From an uncultured Eubacteriales bacterium (lineage in GTDB: Bacteria; Bacillota; Clostridia; Christensenellales; CAG-138): a stretch of DNA of 64,000 nucleotides. Positions within the stretch are counted from its first letter, which is position 1, and every line of letters starts with the position of its first letter. Under the pieces are notes generated by a model, which saw nothing but the letters and a program-made list of their open reading frames with translations, did not search any database and was not told the DNA's origin. Below are positions 34,566 to 44,386 of the stretch, one piece after another. The DNA lies in contig UREK01000001.1 in the NCBI GenBank assembly GCA_900546845.1, positions 42,804 through 106,803 of the forward strand, in the 5' to 3' direction. A program made the position numbers and the translations under genes.

Positions 34566-36557
34566 ATGAAAACGAAACAGAAGAAAACGCTTGCATTTCT
34601 GCTGTGCGCGGCGCTTGTGCTGGCGCTTTGTCCCGCGGCCTTAGCGGAAGGCGGAGAAGCGCCCCAGACCACCGGCCCGTGGTTGATCGGCGAAACGCAG
34701 TATGCCACGTTCGCGGATGCGGTGGCTGCCGTCCCGGAAGACGGCACCGCTACGACGATCCAGCTCACGGCGAATACGGAATGCGCCGGCTCGAAGGTGC
34801 AGCCGAACCAGAACATCACGGTCAACCTGGGCAACTACACGTTTACGGTCGTCGCACCCACTGTAGGCTCGGCGGGTACCGAGACGAACGGATTCCAGCT
34901 CCTGAAGGGAAGCACCGTAACGTTCCAGAATGGAACGCTCTATGCTGCCCCAAACCCCAAGCTAGGAATTTTCATCCAGAACTACTGCAATTTGACGCTG
35001 CACAATGTAGAAGTCGATGCGAGCGGCTCTAACGCCGAGTATGTTGTAAGCAACAACAACGGCAGCCTGACGGTTACTGGCAGCACGAGCCTTCTGGCTC
35101 CTGATGGCCAAAAGGCATTTGACGTCTATTATTGGCCGAATGGCGGCTATCCGGATGGCGTTACCGTCAACGTGAACACGACTGGCACGATTCAGGGCGA
35201 CATCGAATATGGACATGATAAAACGCAGACTGACGTTCTGGAGAAAGCGAAGATCAACATCCAGTCCGGCACGTTTACGGGCAGCGTAACGACGGCCGTT
35301 GAGAACGCCAACATCACCGTGAACGGCGGCACGTTTGATGCCAATAACCAGGCCAGCTTTGTGCCGTATGTGCCTGAGGGCAACACGCTGGTTCAGAACG
35401 AGGATGGCACGTATTCCCTTGGAGTTGCCGAAAACGCTGTTGCCACAGTGGGCGGAAAAGGATATGAGTCCCTGCAGGCTGCAATCAATGCGGCGAAAGC
35501 GGGAGAGACTGTCAAGTTGCTCAAGGATACGAATGAGAATGTGACGATCGCATCCGGCAGCTTCACGCTGGATCTCAACGGCAAAACGCTCGACGGCGGA
35601 ACGACGAAGGGAACAGCCGCGCTGACGAACAACGGCGGCAATATTGTGATCACCGACAGCGTGGGCAGCGGGCAGATCAAGCGCTCGGATACCAGCAAGG
35701 CGGGATGCTATTACACCATCCTGAACAACAGCGGAACGCTGGAGATCGCGGGCGGCAAGGTGTACAACCATGCGGGCGGCGACGAACCGACCCCGTGGTC
35801 GGGCGCGTCCCTGATCTGCAACGGCCCCCACGCTGAGGCGACCCTGATCATCAGCGGCGGCCATATCGAGCAGGACAACTTTATCGCTGTGAAGAACGAC
35901 GCGTGCGGAATCCTGAAGATCACTGGCGGTACGATTACATCCAAAACCCAGTCCGTGCAGAACTGGTGCGAAGCTGAGCTCTCCGGCGGTACGCTGACGG
36001 GCACTGTGCTCACCGCCGGATATGTAGACAACGGCACCGTGAGCGCAGGGCACACGGTCGTGTCCGGCAGCTGCTCCATAAAGGGGGATATGCAGGTGTA
36101 TTGGTACGACACCAACCCCGCGCCGTCGCCGTCCAATCTCCCGACCATAGAGGTGAGGGGCGGCTCCATTGACGGCAAGCTGGTAAAAGTCACAAGAGCC
36201 GGCATTGTTGCCAATGACGATGCGAACAGCCAGATCGTGATTTCCGGCGGCACGTTCACGAGCCCGGTTCCCGATGAATTCTGCGCGCCCGGGTATCACC
36301 CGGAGGAACTTGAAAACGGCGGCTACGGCGTGAGCGACTATTACCACACCGGCACTACCGGCTCCGGCCTGGTTTCCGGCGGCGTGGTGATTGGAACGGG
36401 GACGAACACCGGCGCGGTGACAGATCCCTCGCTCCTCCCCCCGCAGACCGGCGACGCGGGCAGCGTTGGGATCGTGGGCGCACTGTTGCTCCTGGCTTCC
36501 TGCGGCATGGCGGGGATCGCCCTGCGCAGGAGCGCCAAAAAGCGCGAAATGAACTAA
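34566..36557 (+). CDS. large secreted cell-wall-anchored protein with a beta-helix-like repeat architecture (PQTG sorting signal)
   Basis: GAGGAGGG upstream. Signal peptide LAFLLCAALVLALCPAALA. Two similar modules rich in G/T/N (..TFADAVAAVPEDG.. and ..YESLQAAINAAKAGETVKLL..). C-terminus LPPQTGDAG, then a hydrophobic segment, then RRSAKKR. Confidence 0.8.
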   Translation: MKTKQKKTLAFLLCAALVLALCPAALAEGGEAPQTTGPWLIGETQYATFADAVAAVPEDGTATTIQLTANTECAGSKVQPNQNITVNLGNYTFTVVAPTVGSAGTETNGFQLLKGSTVTFQNGTLYAAPNPKLGIFIQNYCNLTLHNVEVDASGSNAEYVVSNNNGSLTVTGSTSLLAPDGQKAFDVYYWPNGGYPDGVTVNVNTTGTIQGDIEYGHDKTQTDVLEKAKINIQSGTFTGSVTTAVENANITVNGGTFDANNQASFVPYVPEGNTLVQNEDGTYSLGVAENAVATVGGKGYESLQAAINAAKAGETVKLLKDTNENVTIASGSFTLDLNGKTLDGGTTKGTAALTNNGGNIVITDSVGSGQIKRSDTSKAGCYYTILNNSGTLEIAGGKVYNHAGGDEPTPWSGASLICNGPHAEATLIISGGHIEQDNFIAVKNDACGILKITGGTITSKTQSVQNWCEAELSGGTLTGTVLTAGYVDNGTVSAGHTVVSGSCSIKGDMQVYWYDTNPAPSPSNLPTIEVRGGSIDGKLVKVTRAGIVANDDANSQIVISGGTFTSPVPDEFCAPGYHPEELENGGYGVSDYYHTGTTGSGLVSGGVVIGTGTNTGAVTDPSLLPPQTGDAGSVGIVGALLLLASCGMAGIALRRSAKKREMN

Positions 36558-36573
36558 CCTCTCCATGAAACGA

Positions 36574-36605
36574 GCCGCCCCCGGAGAACCGGGGGCGGCA
36601 TTTTT
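36574..36605 (+). terminator. rho-independent terminator
   Basis: GCCGCCCCCGG-AGAA-CCGGGGGCGGC followed by ATTTTT. Confidence 0.85.
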
Positions 36606-36636
36606 GCGTTGAGGCTTTACGGAACGGCTTCTTGAT

Positions 36637-36805
36637 ACGGCAATCCTCAGTCCGCTTCGCGAACAGCCCCTTTGCCAAAGGAGCCTTTTGGCCTGTGCGC
36701 TCTCGAGCGCCGTCCGAATACGAAGCCCGTTGGAGTTCACCACGCCCAAACGCCCCCTTTTTGAAAGGGGGTGGCAGCGTGTAAGCGCTGACGGGGGATT
36801 GCCGT
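36637..36805. repeat. MITE/REP-like element, same family as 13013..13134
   Basis: Terminal inverted repeats ACGGCAATCCTCAGTC (36637..36652) and GACGGGGGATTGCCGT (36790..36805). The right 40 bp GGGGGTGGCAGCGTGTAAGCGCTGACGGGGGATTGCCGTA is about 90 percent identical to 13096..13135. Internal palindromes are CCTTTGCCAAAGG and CCCCCTTT..AAAGGGGG. Confidence 0.7.
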
Positions 36806-36835
36806 ATCCCGAGGCGCTTCGGGAAGCACCAACGT

Positions 36836-36868
36836 AAAAATGCCGCTCCCAGTTCTCCTGGAGGCGGC
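36836..36868 (-). terminator. terminator of yerC-like gene
   Basis: Minus strand reads GCCGCCTCC..GGAGCGGC followed by ATTTTT. Confidence 0.55.
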
Positions 36869-36918
36869 TTTGCAGTTGCCGTCAAGGCGGCAATTTCTGC
36901 TTTGAGAGTGCGGCGCGC

Positions 36919-37227
36919 TTATTCCGGCTTTGCCTGCGCAAGGCGGCGGAGGACGGTCTCGTAGCCATCTGCACCGTAGGCAAGGCAGCGGTTCACGCGG
37001 GAGATCGTGGCGGTGGAAGCGCCGGTCTTCTCTGCGATGGCGGTATAGGTCTCGCCCCCGCGCAGCAGCACCGCGACCTCCATGCGCTGCGAAAGCGCGT
37101 GCAGCTCTGCGACCGTGCAGAGATCCTCAAAAAAACGGTAGCATTCCTCTACGCTTTGGAGCGAAAGGATGGCTTCAAACAGGCGGTCGGCCGCCTCGCT
37201 TTGCAGCTTGCTTTGGTACATGGGCAC
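36919..37227 (-). CDS. YerC/YecD-family TrpR-like DNA-binding protein
   Basis: LFEAILSLQSVEECYRFFEDLCTVAELHALSQRMEVAVLL..GETYTAIAEKTGASTATISRVNRCL is the characteristic YerC/YecD sequence. Confidence 0.85.
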   Translation of the reverse strand: MPMYQSKLQSEAADRLFEAILSLQSVEECYRFFEDLCTVAELHALSQRMEVAVLLRGGETYTAIAEKTGASTATISRVNRCLAYGADGYETVLRRLAQAKPE

Positions 37228-37613
37228 GCTCCTTTCGATGGGTTCGCTTTAGTTTAACACGGTAAAGCGCGAAAGTCAACAAAATAACCGGTCAATATCG
37301 CATATGCCTTATATACGTGCGTGCAACTGCTGCGTCATCGTCGGTCGGAATAGCTATGGCGATGCCTCCCTCCTCTTCCTTGCATTTGCCGTGAAGCAGC
37401 CCATTTTGCGGTTCGCAGAAGTCTGAAAAGGCTAGACCAGTTATGGGGCAAGGCGTGAGGCCGAAGGAATAGTGGCGCTATTTCGAGGCCGAACAACGCC
37501 GCCACATGGCCGGGATCGCCTTTTCGGACCGATGTTTTCTTGCCTCATCGCCCCGAAAGGCTCCGTGCTTTGCAAAGGAAGCGCGGAGCCTTTCTCGTAC
37601 AAGGTATGGGGAT

Positions 37614-38378
37614 TCAGCGCGTGAGCTTCGTCAAAAACGCGCGGGTGCGCTCGTTTTGCGGGTTGTCGATCACATCCTCCGGCCTGCCCTGCTCCACGAT
37701 CACGCCCCCGGCCATGAAGATCACCCGGTCGGCTACGCTGCGGGCAAAGGCCATCTCGTGCGTTACGATGAGCATGGTCATTTTCTCTTTGGCGAGGGAT
37801 TGGATGACGCGCAGGATCTCGCCGGTGAGCTCCGGGTCGAGCGCGCTGGTCGGTTCGTCAAAAAAGAGCATCTTTGGGCCCATTGCGAGCGCCCGGGCGA
37901 TGGAAACGCGCTGCTGCTCGCCGCCGGAAAGCTGGTAAGGGTAAGCCTCCGCCCGGTCGGCAAGGCCCATCTTCGCAAGCAGGGCCATGGCGGTTTCCAT
38001 AGCCTCCGCCCGGCTGCGCCTTTGCACGCACATGGGTGCGTCGATGATGTTCCTCAGCACGGAATAATGCGGGAACAGGTGGAAACTTTGGAACACAAGG
38101 CCAAACGATGTGCGGATCTCTTTGAGCGTCTGCGCATCCGCGTAGACGGTCCTGCCGTCCGGCCCGGGTTCGGCCGCGGAGCGGCCCAGGTAGCGCAGCG
38201 CGCCGCCATCCATGGTTTCGAGCAGCGCTGCGCACCGCAGGAGTGTGGATTTGCCGGAGCCGGAAGGGCCGATGACCGCGACGACTTCGCCCTCCGCTAC
38301 GGAGACGGAAATGTCCTTAAGCACCTTGCGCCCGCCAAAGCTCTTCTGCAGGGATTCGATTTGGAGGATGTTGTTCAT
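37614..38378 (-). CDS. polar amino-acid ABC transporter ATP-binding protein (GlnQ-like)
   Basis: ATG 38378 (MNNILQIESLQKSFGG) follows the permease stop. GPSGSGKST, LSGGEQQR, MLFFDEPTSALD. Confidence 0.9.
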   Translation of the reverse strand: MNNILQIESLQKSFGGRKVLKDISVSVAEGEVVAVIGPSGSGKSTLLRCAALLETMDGGALRYLGRSAAEPGPDGRTVYADAQTLKEIRTSFGLVFQSFHLFPHYSVLRNIIDAPMCVQRRSRAEAMETAMALLAKMGLADRAEAYPYQLSGGEQQRVSIARALAMGPKMLFFDEPTSALDPELTGEILRVIQSLAKEKMTMLIVTHEMAFARSVADRVIFMAGGVIVEQGRPEDVIDNPQNERTRAFLTKLTR

Positions 38379-38391
38379 GACGCACTCCTTT

Positions 38392-39042
38392 TTATCGGTA
38401 ATAGGCCAGCTTGCGTTCGAAGCGCTCCATGCCCCAGGCGACGAGCGCGTTGAACACATAGTAGAACACGGCGGCGGCGACGAGTGCGGTCATGCTCTTT
38501 TCGGCGGAAGCGATCTGCTTTGCGAGCGTGAACATCTCCATCACGCCGATGGAGAAGGCGAGGGAGGTATCCTTCACAAGCGTGATGACCTCGTTCGTGA
38601 CGGGCGGCAGGATCCGCTTGACCATCTGCGGGAAGATGATGCGCCAGAAGGTCTGCCCTTTGGAATAGCCGAGCACCTCCGCGGCTTCATATTGGCCGCG
38701 CGGGATGGATTCGATGCCCGCGCGGTAGATCTCAGCGAAATAGGCCGCATAGTTGAGCACGAACGCGATGATGACGGCATAGAACCGGTAACCGTTGGTG
38801 AGCGGGATCTTCAGCAGGAACCACGGCCCAAAATACACCACGAGGAGCTGGAGCATCAGCGGCGTGCCGCGCATGATGGAGATGTAGACCTGCATGAGTA
38901 TGCGCAGCGGGGTGCACCTGCTCATGCGCCCAAACGCCAATGGGAGCGCCAGCGGGAGCGCGCCGAGGAGCGTGAACGCGAAGATGAGCATGGAGGTGAG
39001 CATGCCGCCTCCGAGCTGTGTGAGCATTACCTGAAAAGACAT
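38392..39042 (-). CDS. polar amino-acid ABC permease (His/Glu/Gln/Arg/opine family)
   Basis: 216 aa. Contains IMRGTPLMLQLLVVYFG and EAAEVLGYSKGQTFWRIIFPQ motifs. Confidence 0.9.
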   Translation of the reverse strand: MSFQVMLTQLGGGMLTSMLIFAFTLLGALPLALPLAFGRMSRCTPLRILMQVYISIMRGTPLMLQLLVVYFGPWFLLKIPLTNGYRFYAVIIAFVLNYAAYFAEIYRAGIESIPRGQYEAAEVLGYSKGQTFWRIIFPQMVKRILPPVTNEVITLVKDTSLAFSIGVMEMFTLAKQIASAEKSMTALVAAAVFYYVFNALVAWGMERFERKLAYYR

Positions 39043-39139
39043 GGGGATTCTCTACCTTCCGGGCTTGATAAACCGGCTTATCATAAATCGAAAGAAAACG
39101 CGGACGGCGGCAAAGCGGCCCGCGTTTTGGCTGCATCGG

Positions 39140-39940
39140 TTATTTGCCGAGCGTGCAGACGTCATAGCCGAACCACTTGTTGGAAATTTCCGTGAACTTG
39201 CCGTCTTCGACCATCTCCAGCAGGGTCTCCTGCACCTGGTCGCGCAGTTCGGTGTTGCCGAGCTTAAAGCCGACGGCATATTGTTCGCTCTGGAGCGGTT
39301 CCTCCATGATGGAGAACTGATCCTCCCGGCCCTCGATCTGGTAACGCGCAACGCCGACGTCCATGCCGATGGCATCTACGGCACCGGACTCGAGCTCCAT
39401 GAACGCGGTGTTATACTCCGCGCAGCGTTCGAGCGACGCGAAGGAATCGCGCAGCGCGATCGCCTCCGGGTTCTCCTCGTCGTTGAGGGCGGCTTCACAG
39501 GAGCTGTCCGCCTGAACGGTCACGACCTTGCCCGCAAGATCCGCAAAGGCGGCGATACCGTCCGCGGCGCGGGTCACGAATACCTGGGAATTGTCCATGT
39601 AAGCATCCGTCCAGGTGTAAAGCTCCTCGCGGTCGTTCATGGTGAAGCCGTTCCAGATGCAGTCGATCGCGCCGGATTCCAGCTCGAAATCCTTGGCGTC
39701 CCAGTCGATAGGGGAGAGCTTGAGCGTCCAGCCGCGGCGCGTGCAGACCTCTGCGGCAAGGTCCAGATCAAAGCCGATGTATTCGCCGTTGTCGTCGATG
39801 TAGCCATAGGGCGGGAAATCCGCGTCAAAGCCGACGGTGAAGGTCTTTCCTTCCTGCCCGGCCGGCTGGGCGCAGCCGAATGCGGCGGCAAGAACGAAGG
39901 TCAGCGCAAGCGCGAGCAGGAAAAACTTCATGCGTTTCAT
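39140..39940 (-). CDS. polar amino-acid ABC substrate-binding lipoprotein
   Basis: Lipobox AAAFGC. SBP_bac_3-like sequence (GFDADFPPYGY, IDCIWNGFTM). Confidence 0.85.
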   Translation of the reverse strand: MKRMKFFLLALALTFVLAAAFGCAQPAGQEGKTFTVGFDADFPPYGYIDDNGEYIGFDLDLAAEVCTRRGWTLKLSPIDWDAKDFELESGAIDCIWNGFTMNDREELYTWTDAYMDNSQVFVTRAADGIAAFADLAGKVVTVQADSSCEAALNDEENPEAIALRDSFASLERCAEYNTAFMELESGAVDAIGMDVGVARYQIEGREDQFSIMEEPLQSEQYAVGFKLGNTELRDQVQETLLEMVEDGKFTEISNKWFGYDVCTLGK

Positions 39941-40109
39941 AGTGGTGTGTCCTCACTTTCCATGCAGTCGAATATGTTGCTCTGGTATAGTAACACATTA
40001 GCATGATAAAGTAAAGAGGAAATATATAATATATTAAAACAACCCTGCTCGGCAGGGCACGGGAGAGACGCGCTGCTTTCGGGCAACTTTTGCGCCAAGC
40101 TGCAGCGCG

Positions 40110-40141
40110 AAAACGGGCTGCCGGAAATAGGGGGGCAGCCC
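40110..40141 (-). terminator. terminator of MATE paralog 2
   Basis: Minus strand reads GGGCTGCC-CCCCTATTTCC-GGCAGCCC followed by GTTTT. Confidence 0.7.
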
Positions 40142-40154
40142 TTTGGAAGGTGCG

Positions 40155-41561
40155 TTATGCGTCCTGCGCAGAGGGTACGATCGTGCGGACCCATTTCCCG
40201 CTTTTCACAAACAGGTATCCAGCGATACATTTGAAAATCTCAAGTGCGGTACAGATGAAGAACATCGGCACGATGTGGATGTCCGTGAAGCGCGAGAGCA
40301 CGAATGCGACGGGGATGCAGACGCACCAGACATAGCCGCTGTCAAAAAGCATGGTGATCTTCGTCTGCCCGCCGGAGCGCAGCGTGAAATAGCATGCGTG
40401 CGAGAAGGCGTGGAACGGCATGCTGCATGCGGAGATGAGCAGGAAAGTGGCCGCAAGGGCTTTCACCTCCGCCGTGGTGTTGTAGAGGTTCGGGATCGCG
40501 CCGGATACAAACGCAAGGAGCCCGCCGAGCAGGAAGCAGGTCGCCACGCTGAAGGCGATCATCTTCCGGTCGGTATCGCGCGCTTCCTCCGCTTTGCCCG
40601 CGCCAAGGAGGTTGCCCACCACGATGCCGATGGATGAGCCGAGCGCCTGGAAGCTGATGTTGAACAGGTTGGCGACAGTGCTCGAGATGTTCACCGCCGC
40701 GATCACCGCAAGGCCGCGCGTGGAATAGCATTGGTTGAGCATCGACATGCCCACGGACCAGAGCGCTTCGTTGAGCAGCAGCGGCATGCCCTTCTGCACA
40801 ATGTGCACGGCGAGCGCGCGCGGCACGCGCAGCGTGCGGTAAGCGCCGAGGAAGAACGGCGTACGCTCCGGGTGTGCGTGGGCCCAATACATGATGAGCC
40901 CAAGCTCCACAAAGCGGGAAATCACCGTCGCTACAGCGGCGCCCGCAGGACCCATGGCGGGCAGGCCGAGCTTGCCGAAGATGAGCAGATAGTTGAGGAC
41001 GAGGTTCGTGAGCACCGCGGCAATGCTCGCAATCATCGGGCGGAGGGTCTCGCCCGTTTCGCGCAGCGTGGAGGAATAGGCCTGGGAAAGAGCATATGGC
41101 GCAAGCCCGAGGAGCATGATGCGGATGTATTCCCGCCCATAGGCGAGCGTCAGCGCAAGGTCGCCCTCCGCACTGCCCTCATGCAGGAAGAGGCTGATGA
41201 GCGGCCTATTCCAGAAGCCGAACGCCGCGAGGCAGACTGCGCATATTACGATGCAGACAAGCAGCTTGAAGCGGAACACGCTGCGGATGCCCTCCACATC
41301 CCGCTTGCCGGCAAACTGCGCGCCAAAGATGCCCGCACCGGAAAGCCCGCCGAAGATGCACAGGTTGAAGATGAAGATGAGTTGGTTGGCGATGGCCACG
41401 CCGGACATCTGCTCCGTGCCGAGGCGGCCGACCATCAGGTTATCCAGCACGCCGACGAATTGCGTGATGCCGTTTTGGATCATCACGGGCACGGCGATTG
41501 CGAGCACCATGCGGTAAAAGGCTTTGTTGCCGATCAGGGAACGCAGTTTCATGCTTTCCAT
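40155..41561 (-). CDS. MATE-family efflux transporter (paralog 2 of 4)
   Basis: 468 aa, 12 TM. N-terminus ...FYRMVLAIAVPVMIQNGITQFVGVLDNLMVGRLG is typical of MATE/NorM. Confidence 0.85.
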   Translation of the reverse strand: MESMKLRSLIGNKAFYRMVLAIAVPVMIQNGITQFVGVLDNLMVGRLGTEQMSGVAIANQLIFIFNLCIFGGLSGAGIFGAQFAGKRDVEGIRSVFRFKLLVCIVICAVCLAAFGFWNRPLISLFLHEGSAEGDLALTLAYGREYIRIMLLGLAPYALSQAYSSTLRETGETLRPMIASIAAVLTNLVLNYLLIFGKLGLPAMGPAGAAVATVISRFVELGLIMYWAHAHPERTPFFLGAYRTLRVPRALAVHIVQKGMPLLLNEALWSVGMSMLNQCYSTRGLAVIAAVNISSTVANLFNISFQALGSSIGIVVGNLLGAGKAEEARDTDRKMIAFSVATCFLLGGLLAFVSGAIPNLYNTTAEVKALAATFLLISACSMPFHAFSHACYFTLRSGGQTKITMLFDSGYVWCVCIPVAFVLSRFTDIHIVPMFFICTALEIFKCIAGYLFVKSGKWVRTIVPSAQDA

Positions 41562-41834
41562 CCATTCTTACTTTATCAAATATAGTCAAAACATTATAAT
41601 ACCATAAGCCGTGCGGAATTGCATCCTGGATTTTCCGCCTTTTGCTTTCGGAATACGCCGGATCATCGTGCGGGAGAACCCGAACTGCTTGGCCGCCTTG
41701 GGGGAGACCTCTACTTCTTTGGCAGCACGGCGGGCCCGTGCAGGAGCCTTTTGCTTGCCAAAATGAATCACTTGTATTATAATAAATAATGCAAATAACA
41801 CAAAGCGCCGCAACCTGCGGCAGAGGAGACGCAC

Positions 41835-42545
41835 ATGCTTTCGTTTGAGAACTTTTCCAAGACTTACCCCGGCGGCAAGCGCGCGGTGGACGGCTTGACC
41901 CTCCGCGTGGAGGCGGGGGATATTTACGGCTTCATCGGCCACAACGGCGCGGGGAAGACAACGGCCATCCGCGCGGCGGTTGGCGCGCTCGCCTTCGAGG
42001 AAGGGGAGATCCGCATCGGCGGCAAATCCGTGCGGGAAAACCCGGTTGAATGCAAGGCGCTTACGGCCTATATCCCGGATAACCCGGAGCTGTACGATTA
42101 CCTGACGGGCATGCAGTACATCAACTTCATCGCAGATGTGTTCGGCGTTGCGGAGGCGGAGCGGCGGGAGCGCATCGCGCGCTATGCCGCAGCCTTTGAG
42201 ATGGAGGAAAGCCTCGGCGGGCTCATCGGTTCCTACTCCCACGGCATGAAGCAGAAGACAGCGCTCGTCGCGGCACTCGTGCACGCCCCCAAGCTCCTCG
42301 TACTCGACGAGCCGTTTGTTGGGCTCGACCCGAAGGCCTCGCATACGCTCAAGGGCGTGATGCATGAGCTTTGCGAAGCAGGTTCGGCCATCTTCTTCTC
42401 CACGCACGTACTGGAAGTGGCGGAAAAGCTCTGCAACAAGATCGCCATCATCAAAAACGGCCGCCTGGTGACGGCAGGCGAGACGGAGGCGGTCAAGGGG
42501 GATCATTCTCTTGAAGACGTGTTTATGGAGTTGATCGACGCATGA
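41835..42545 (+). CDS. ABC transporter ATP-binding protein (ABC-2 type)
   Basis: GHNGAGKTT, YSHGMKQK, LLVLDEPFVGLD. Confidence 0.9.
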   Translation: MLSFENFSKTYPGGKRAVDGLTLRVEAGDIYGFIGHNGAGKTTAIRAAVGALAFEEGEIRIGGKSVRENPVECKALTAYIPDNPELYDYLTGMQYINFIADVFGVAEAERRERIARYAAAFEMEESLGGLIGSYSHGMKQKTALVAALVHAPKLLVLDEPFVGLDPKASHTLKGVMHELCEAGSAIFFSTHVLEVAEKLCNKIAIIKNGRLVTAGETEAVKGDHSLEDVFMELIDA

Positions 42546-44125
42546 AGAAGCTGTTTTTTCTCCTCCGGGTGGATGCGCTCGGCGTGCTGGGCGTCAACCG
42601 CCTGTGCCATGGCGGGGATCGGGCTGCGAAACGCAAAGCGATAGGCGCGCTCGCGCTGGCGGCGTTCGTGGCGGCATGTTTTGCCGGGATCGCGTTCCTT
42701 TATTTTTCCATGATGGCGGGCGCGTTTGCGGCGCTGGGCGCCTTGGAACTGATCCTCGGCGTCGCGGCCGTCGCAGGGGCGCTCGTGACGGTGGTTGCAA
42801 GCATCGTCAGCGCGCCGAACACGCTTTTCACTTTCCGGGATTTCGACCAGGTGCTTTCCCTGCCCATCCCGGTAAGCACGGTCGCATTCAGCCGGCTTTT
42901 GAAGCTCGCGCTGCGCAACCTGCTGTTCCTCTGCGTGGTGCTGATCCCGGCCGGCGTTGCCTATGGCCGCAGCGCGGCAACAGGCGATGGGTTTGCGCTA
43001 CGCTATGCCCTGCTGACGCTGCTTGCGCCGCTTTTGCCCATCACCGCCGCGGCCGCGCTCGGCATGCTCATCGCCAAGGTGGGTTTGGCCTTCCGGCGGA
43101 CGAACGGCGTGCGCATCGTGCTCTCGTTCCTGGTGATGCTCGCGGCGCTGGCGCTTTCCTTTAACATACAGCCTATCGTCGAAGGCTTTTCGGAGATTGG
43201 CGTGCAGCTCAAGGAAAGCCTGTATGCCGCATACCCGCCCGCGCGCTGGTTCACGAAGGCGGCGCTTGGGGATTGGCGCGCGTTCGCGCTGTTCGCCGCG
43301 GTGAACGCGCTGCCGTTTGCTGCATTCGCGTGGCTGGCCGCGCGTTACCTGCGCCCGCTGCATGCCGCTTTGGCGGGCGGCGCGGGGGAAAAACGCAGGG
43401 CCGGGGTGGTACGCGCCGCCTCCATGCGCCACGCGCTGTTTCTGCGGGAGGTGCGGCGCTATTTCGCTTCCACGATCTATGTGACGAACACGGCTGTGGG
43501 CGCGCTCTTGCTGATCGCGGCGGGCGTCGCGCTGCTGCTTGTGGACCTGGGGAGCGTCGTGCAGGAAATGGGTCTGCCGGTACCGGCGCTCGCATCCCTT
43601 GTGCCCTATCTTGCGGCGGGGATGCTCGGCATGAGCACGACGACGGCCTCCTCCATCTCGCTGGAAGGGAAGGGGATGGATCAGCTCAAGGTGCTGCCCA
43701 TCCCTGCTGCGGCCGTTTTCCGCGCGAAGCTCGCGCTGCATTTCGCTGTGACGCTCCCCGCGCAGGCGGTTGCGGCGACGCTCTTCACCGTGGCGCTCAA
43801 GCCGGGCATTTCTGAGGCCGTGCTGCTGTATCTGCTGCCGGCAACGTTCGCGGCCTTTGCGGGCTTTGCGGGGCTTTGGATCAACCTAATGCATCCGAAG
43901 TTCGATTGGAAGAGCGAAACGGAGGTCGTCAAGCAGGGGCTGCCCACGTTTGTGACGGTGTTCGGCTCCATGCTGCTCGCGGGCGTGCCGCTCGTGCTCA
44001 CACTGTTTGGCGTTGCGGACGCGGCGCTCCTTGGGTATGCCTTCACAGCCCTTTGCGCGCTCGCTTCCCTTTTGCTTTGGAAGGGGCTTTGCGGCAAGGG
44101 CGCGTGCCGCTTTGCCGCGCTGTGA
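42542..44125 (+). CDS. large polytopic putative ABC exporter permease
   Basis: 527-aa ORF with an ATGA overlap with the ATPase and at least 10 hydrophobic helices. Confidence 0.65.
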   Translation: MKKLFFLLRVDALGVLGVNRLCHGGDRAAKRKAIGALALAAFVAACFAGIAFLYFSMMAGAFAALGALELILGVAAVAGALVTVVASIVSAPNTLFTFRDFDQVLSLPIPVSTVAFSRLLKLALRNLLFLCVVLIPAGVAYGRSAATGDGFALRYALLTLLAPLLPITAAAALGMLIAKVGLAFRRTNGVRIVLSFLVMLAALALSFNIQPIVEGFSEIGVQLKESLYAAYPPARWFTKAALGDWRAFALFAAVNALPFAAFAWLAARYLRPLHAALAGGAGEKRRAGVVRAASMRHALFLREVRRYFASTIYVTNTAVGALLLIAAGVALLLVDLGSVVQEMGLPVPALASLVPYLAAGMLGMSTTTASSISLEGKGMDQLKVLPIPAAAVFRAKLALHFAVTLPAQAVAATLFTVALKPGISEAVLLYLLPATFAAFAGFAGLWINLMHPKFDWKSETEVVKQGLPTFVTVFGSMLLAGVPLVLTLFGVADAALLGYAFTALCALASLLLWKGLCGKGACRFAAL

Positions 44126-44149
44126 TTCAGGCTTTGGCCTTGCAGGCTG

Positions 44150-44179
44150 TCGATCAAGTGGCATTTGCCACTTGATCGA
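44150..44179. terminator. perfect 30-bp palindrome (14-bp arms, 2-nt centre) after the permease gene; terminator or protein-binding site
   Basis: TCGATCAAGTGGCA-TT-TGCCACTTGATCGA followed by TGTTTT. Confidence 0.5.
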
Positions 44180-44386
44180 TGTTTTCACGTTGCGCTTGCG
44201 CCGATGGCGCGGCCAGCGCTCCGTGCAAAGAAAGCCCTGCGGCGCAAGGCGTTTCGCTCGCACCGCACATCCCCCAGGGGACCTTCTCTTGCCGCTATGC
44301 GGCAATTCACCTTGTGTCGCTGCTCGCGATCAAAAGTCAAGGGCAGCGGCCCTTGCCGACCCCAGAGAAACTTTTTCGGCAAGCTG

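Noticed and set aside
37230-37613. T-box or riboswitch in the 380-bp gap between yerC and the amino-acid ABC operon.
   Set aside because: The gap lies downstream, not upstream, of the ABC operon. It contains only repeat-like hairpins (AAAGGCTCC..GGAGCCTTT, duplicated GAGGCCGAA), with no T-box or other conserved riboswitch core that I could recognise.
41586-41760. Minus-strand peptide ..KQKAPARARRAAKEVEVSPKAAKQFGFSRTMIRRIPKAKGG.. resembling a transposase/HTH N-terminus.
   Set aside because: There is no usable start codon or SD, and only about 55 codons remain before the stop. At best it is a relic of a former HTH gene, not a functional mobile element.
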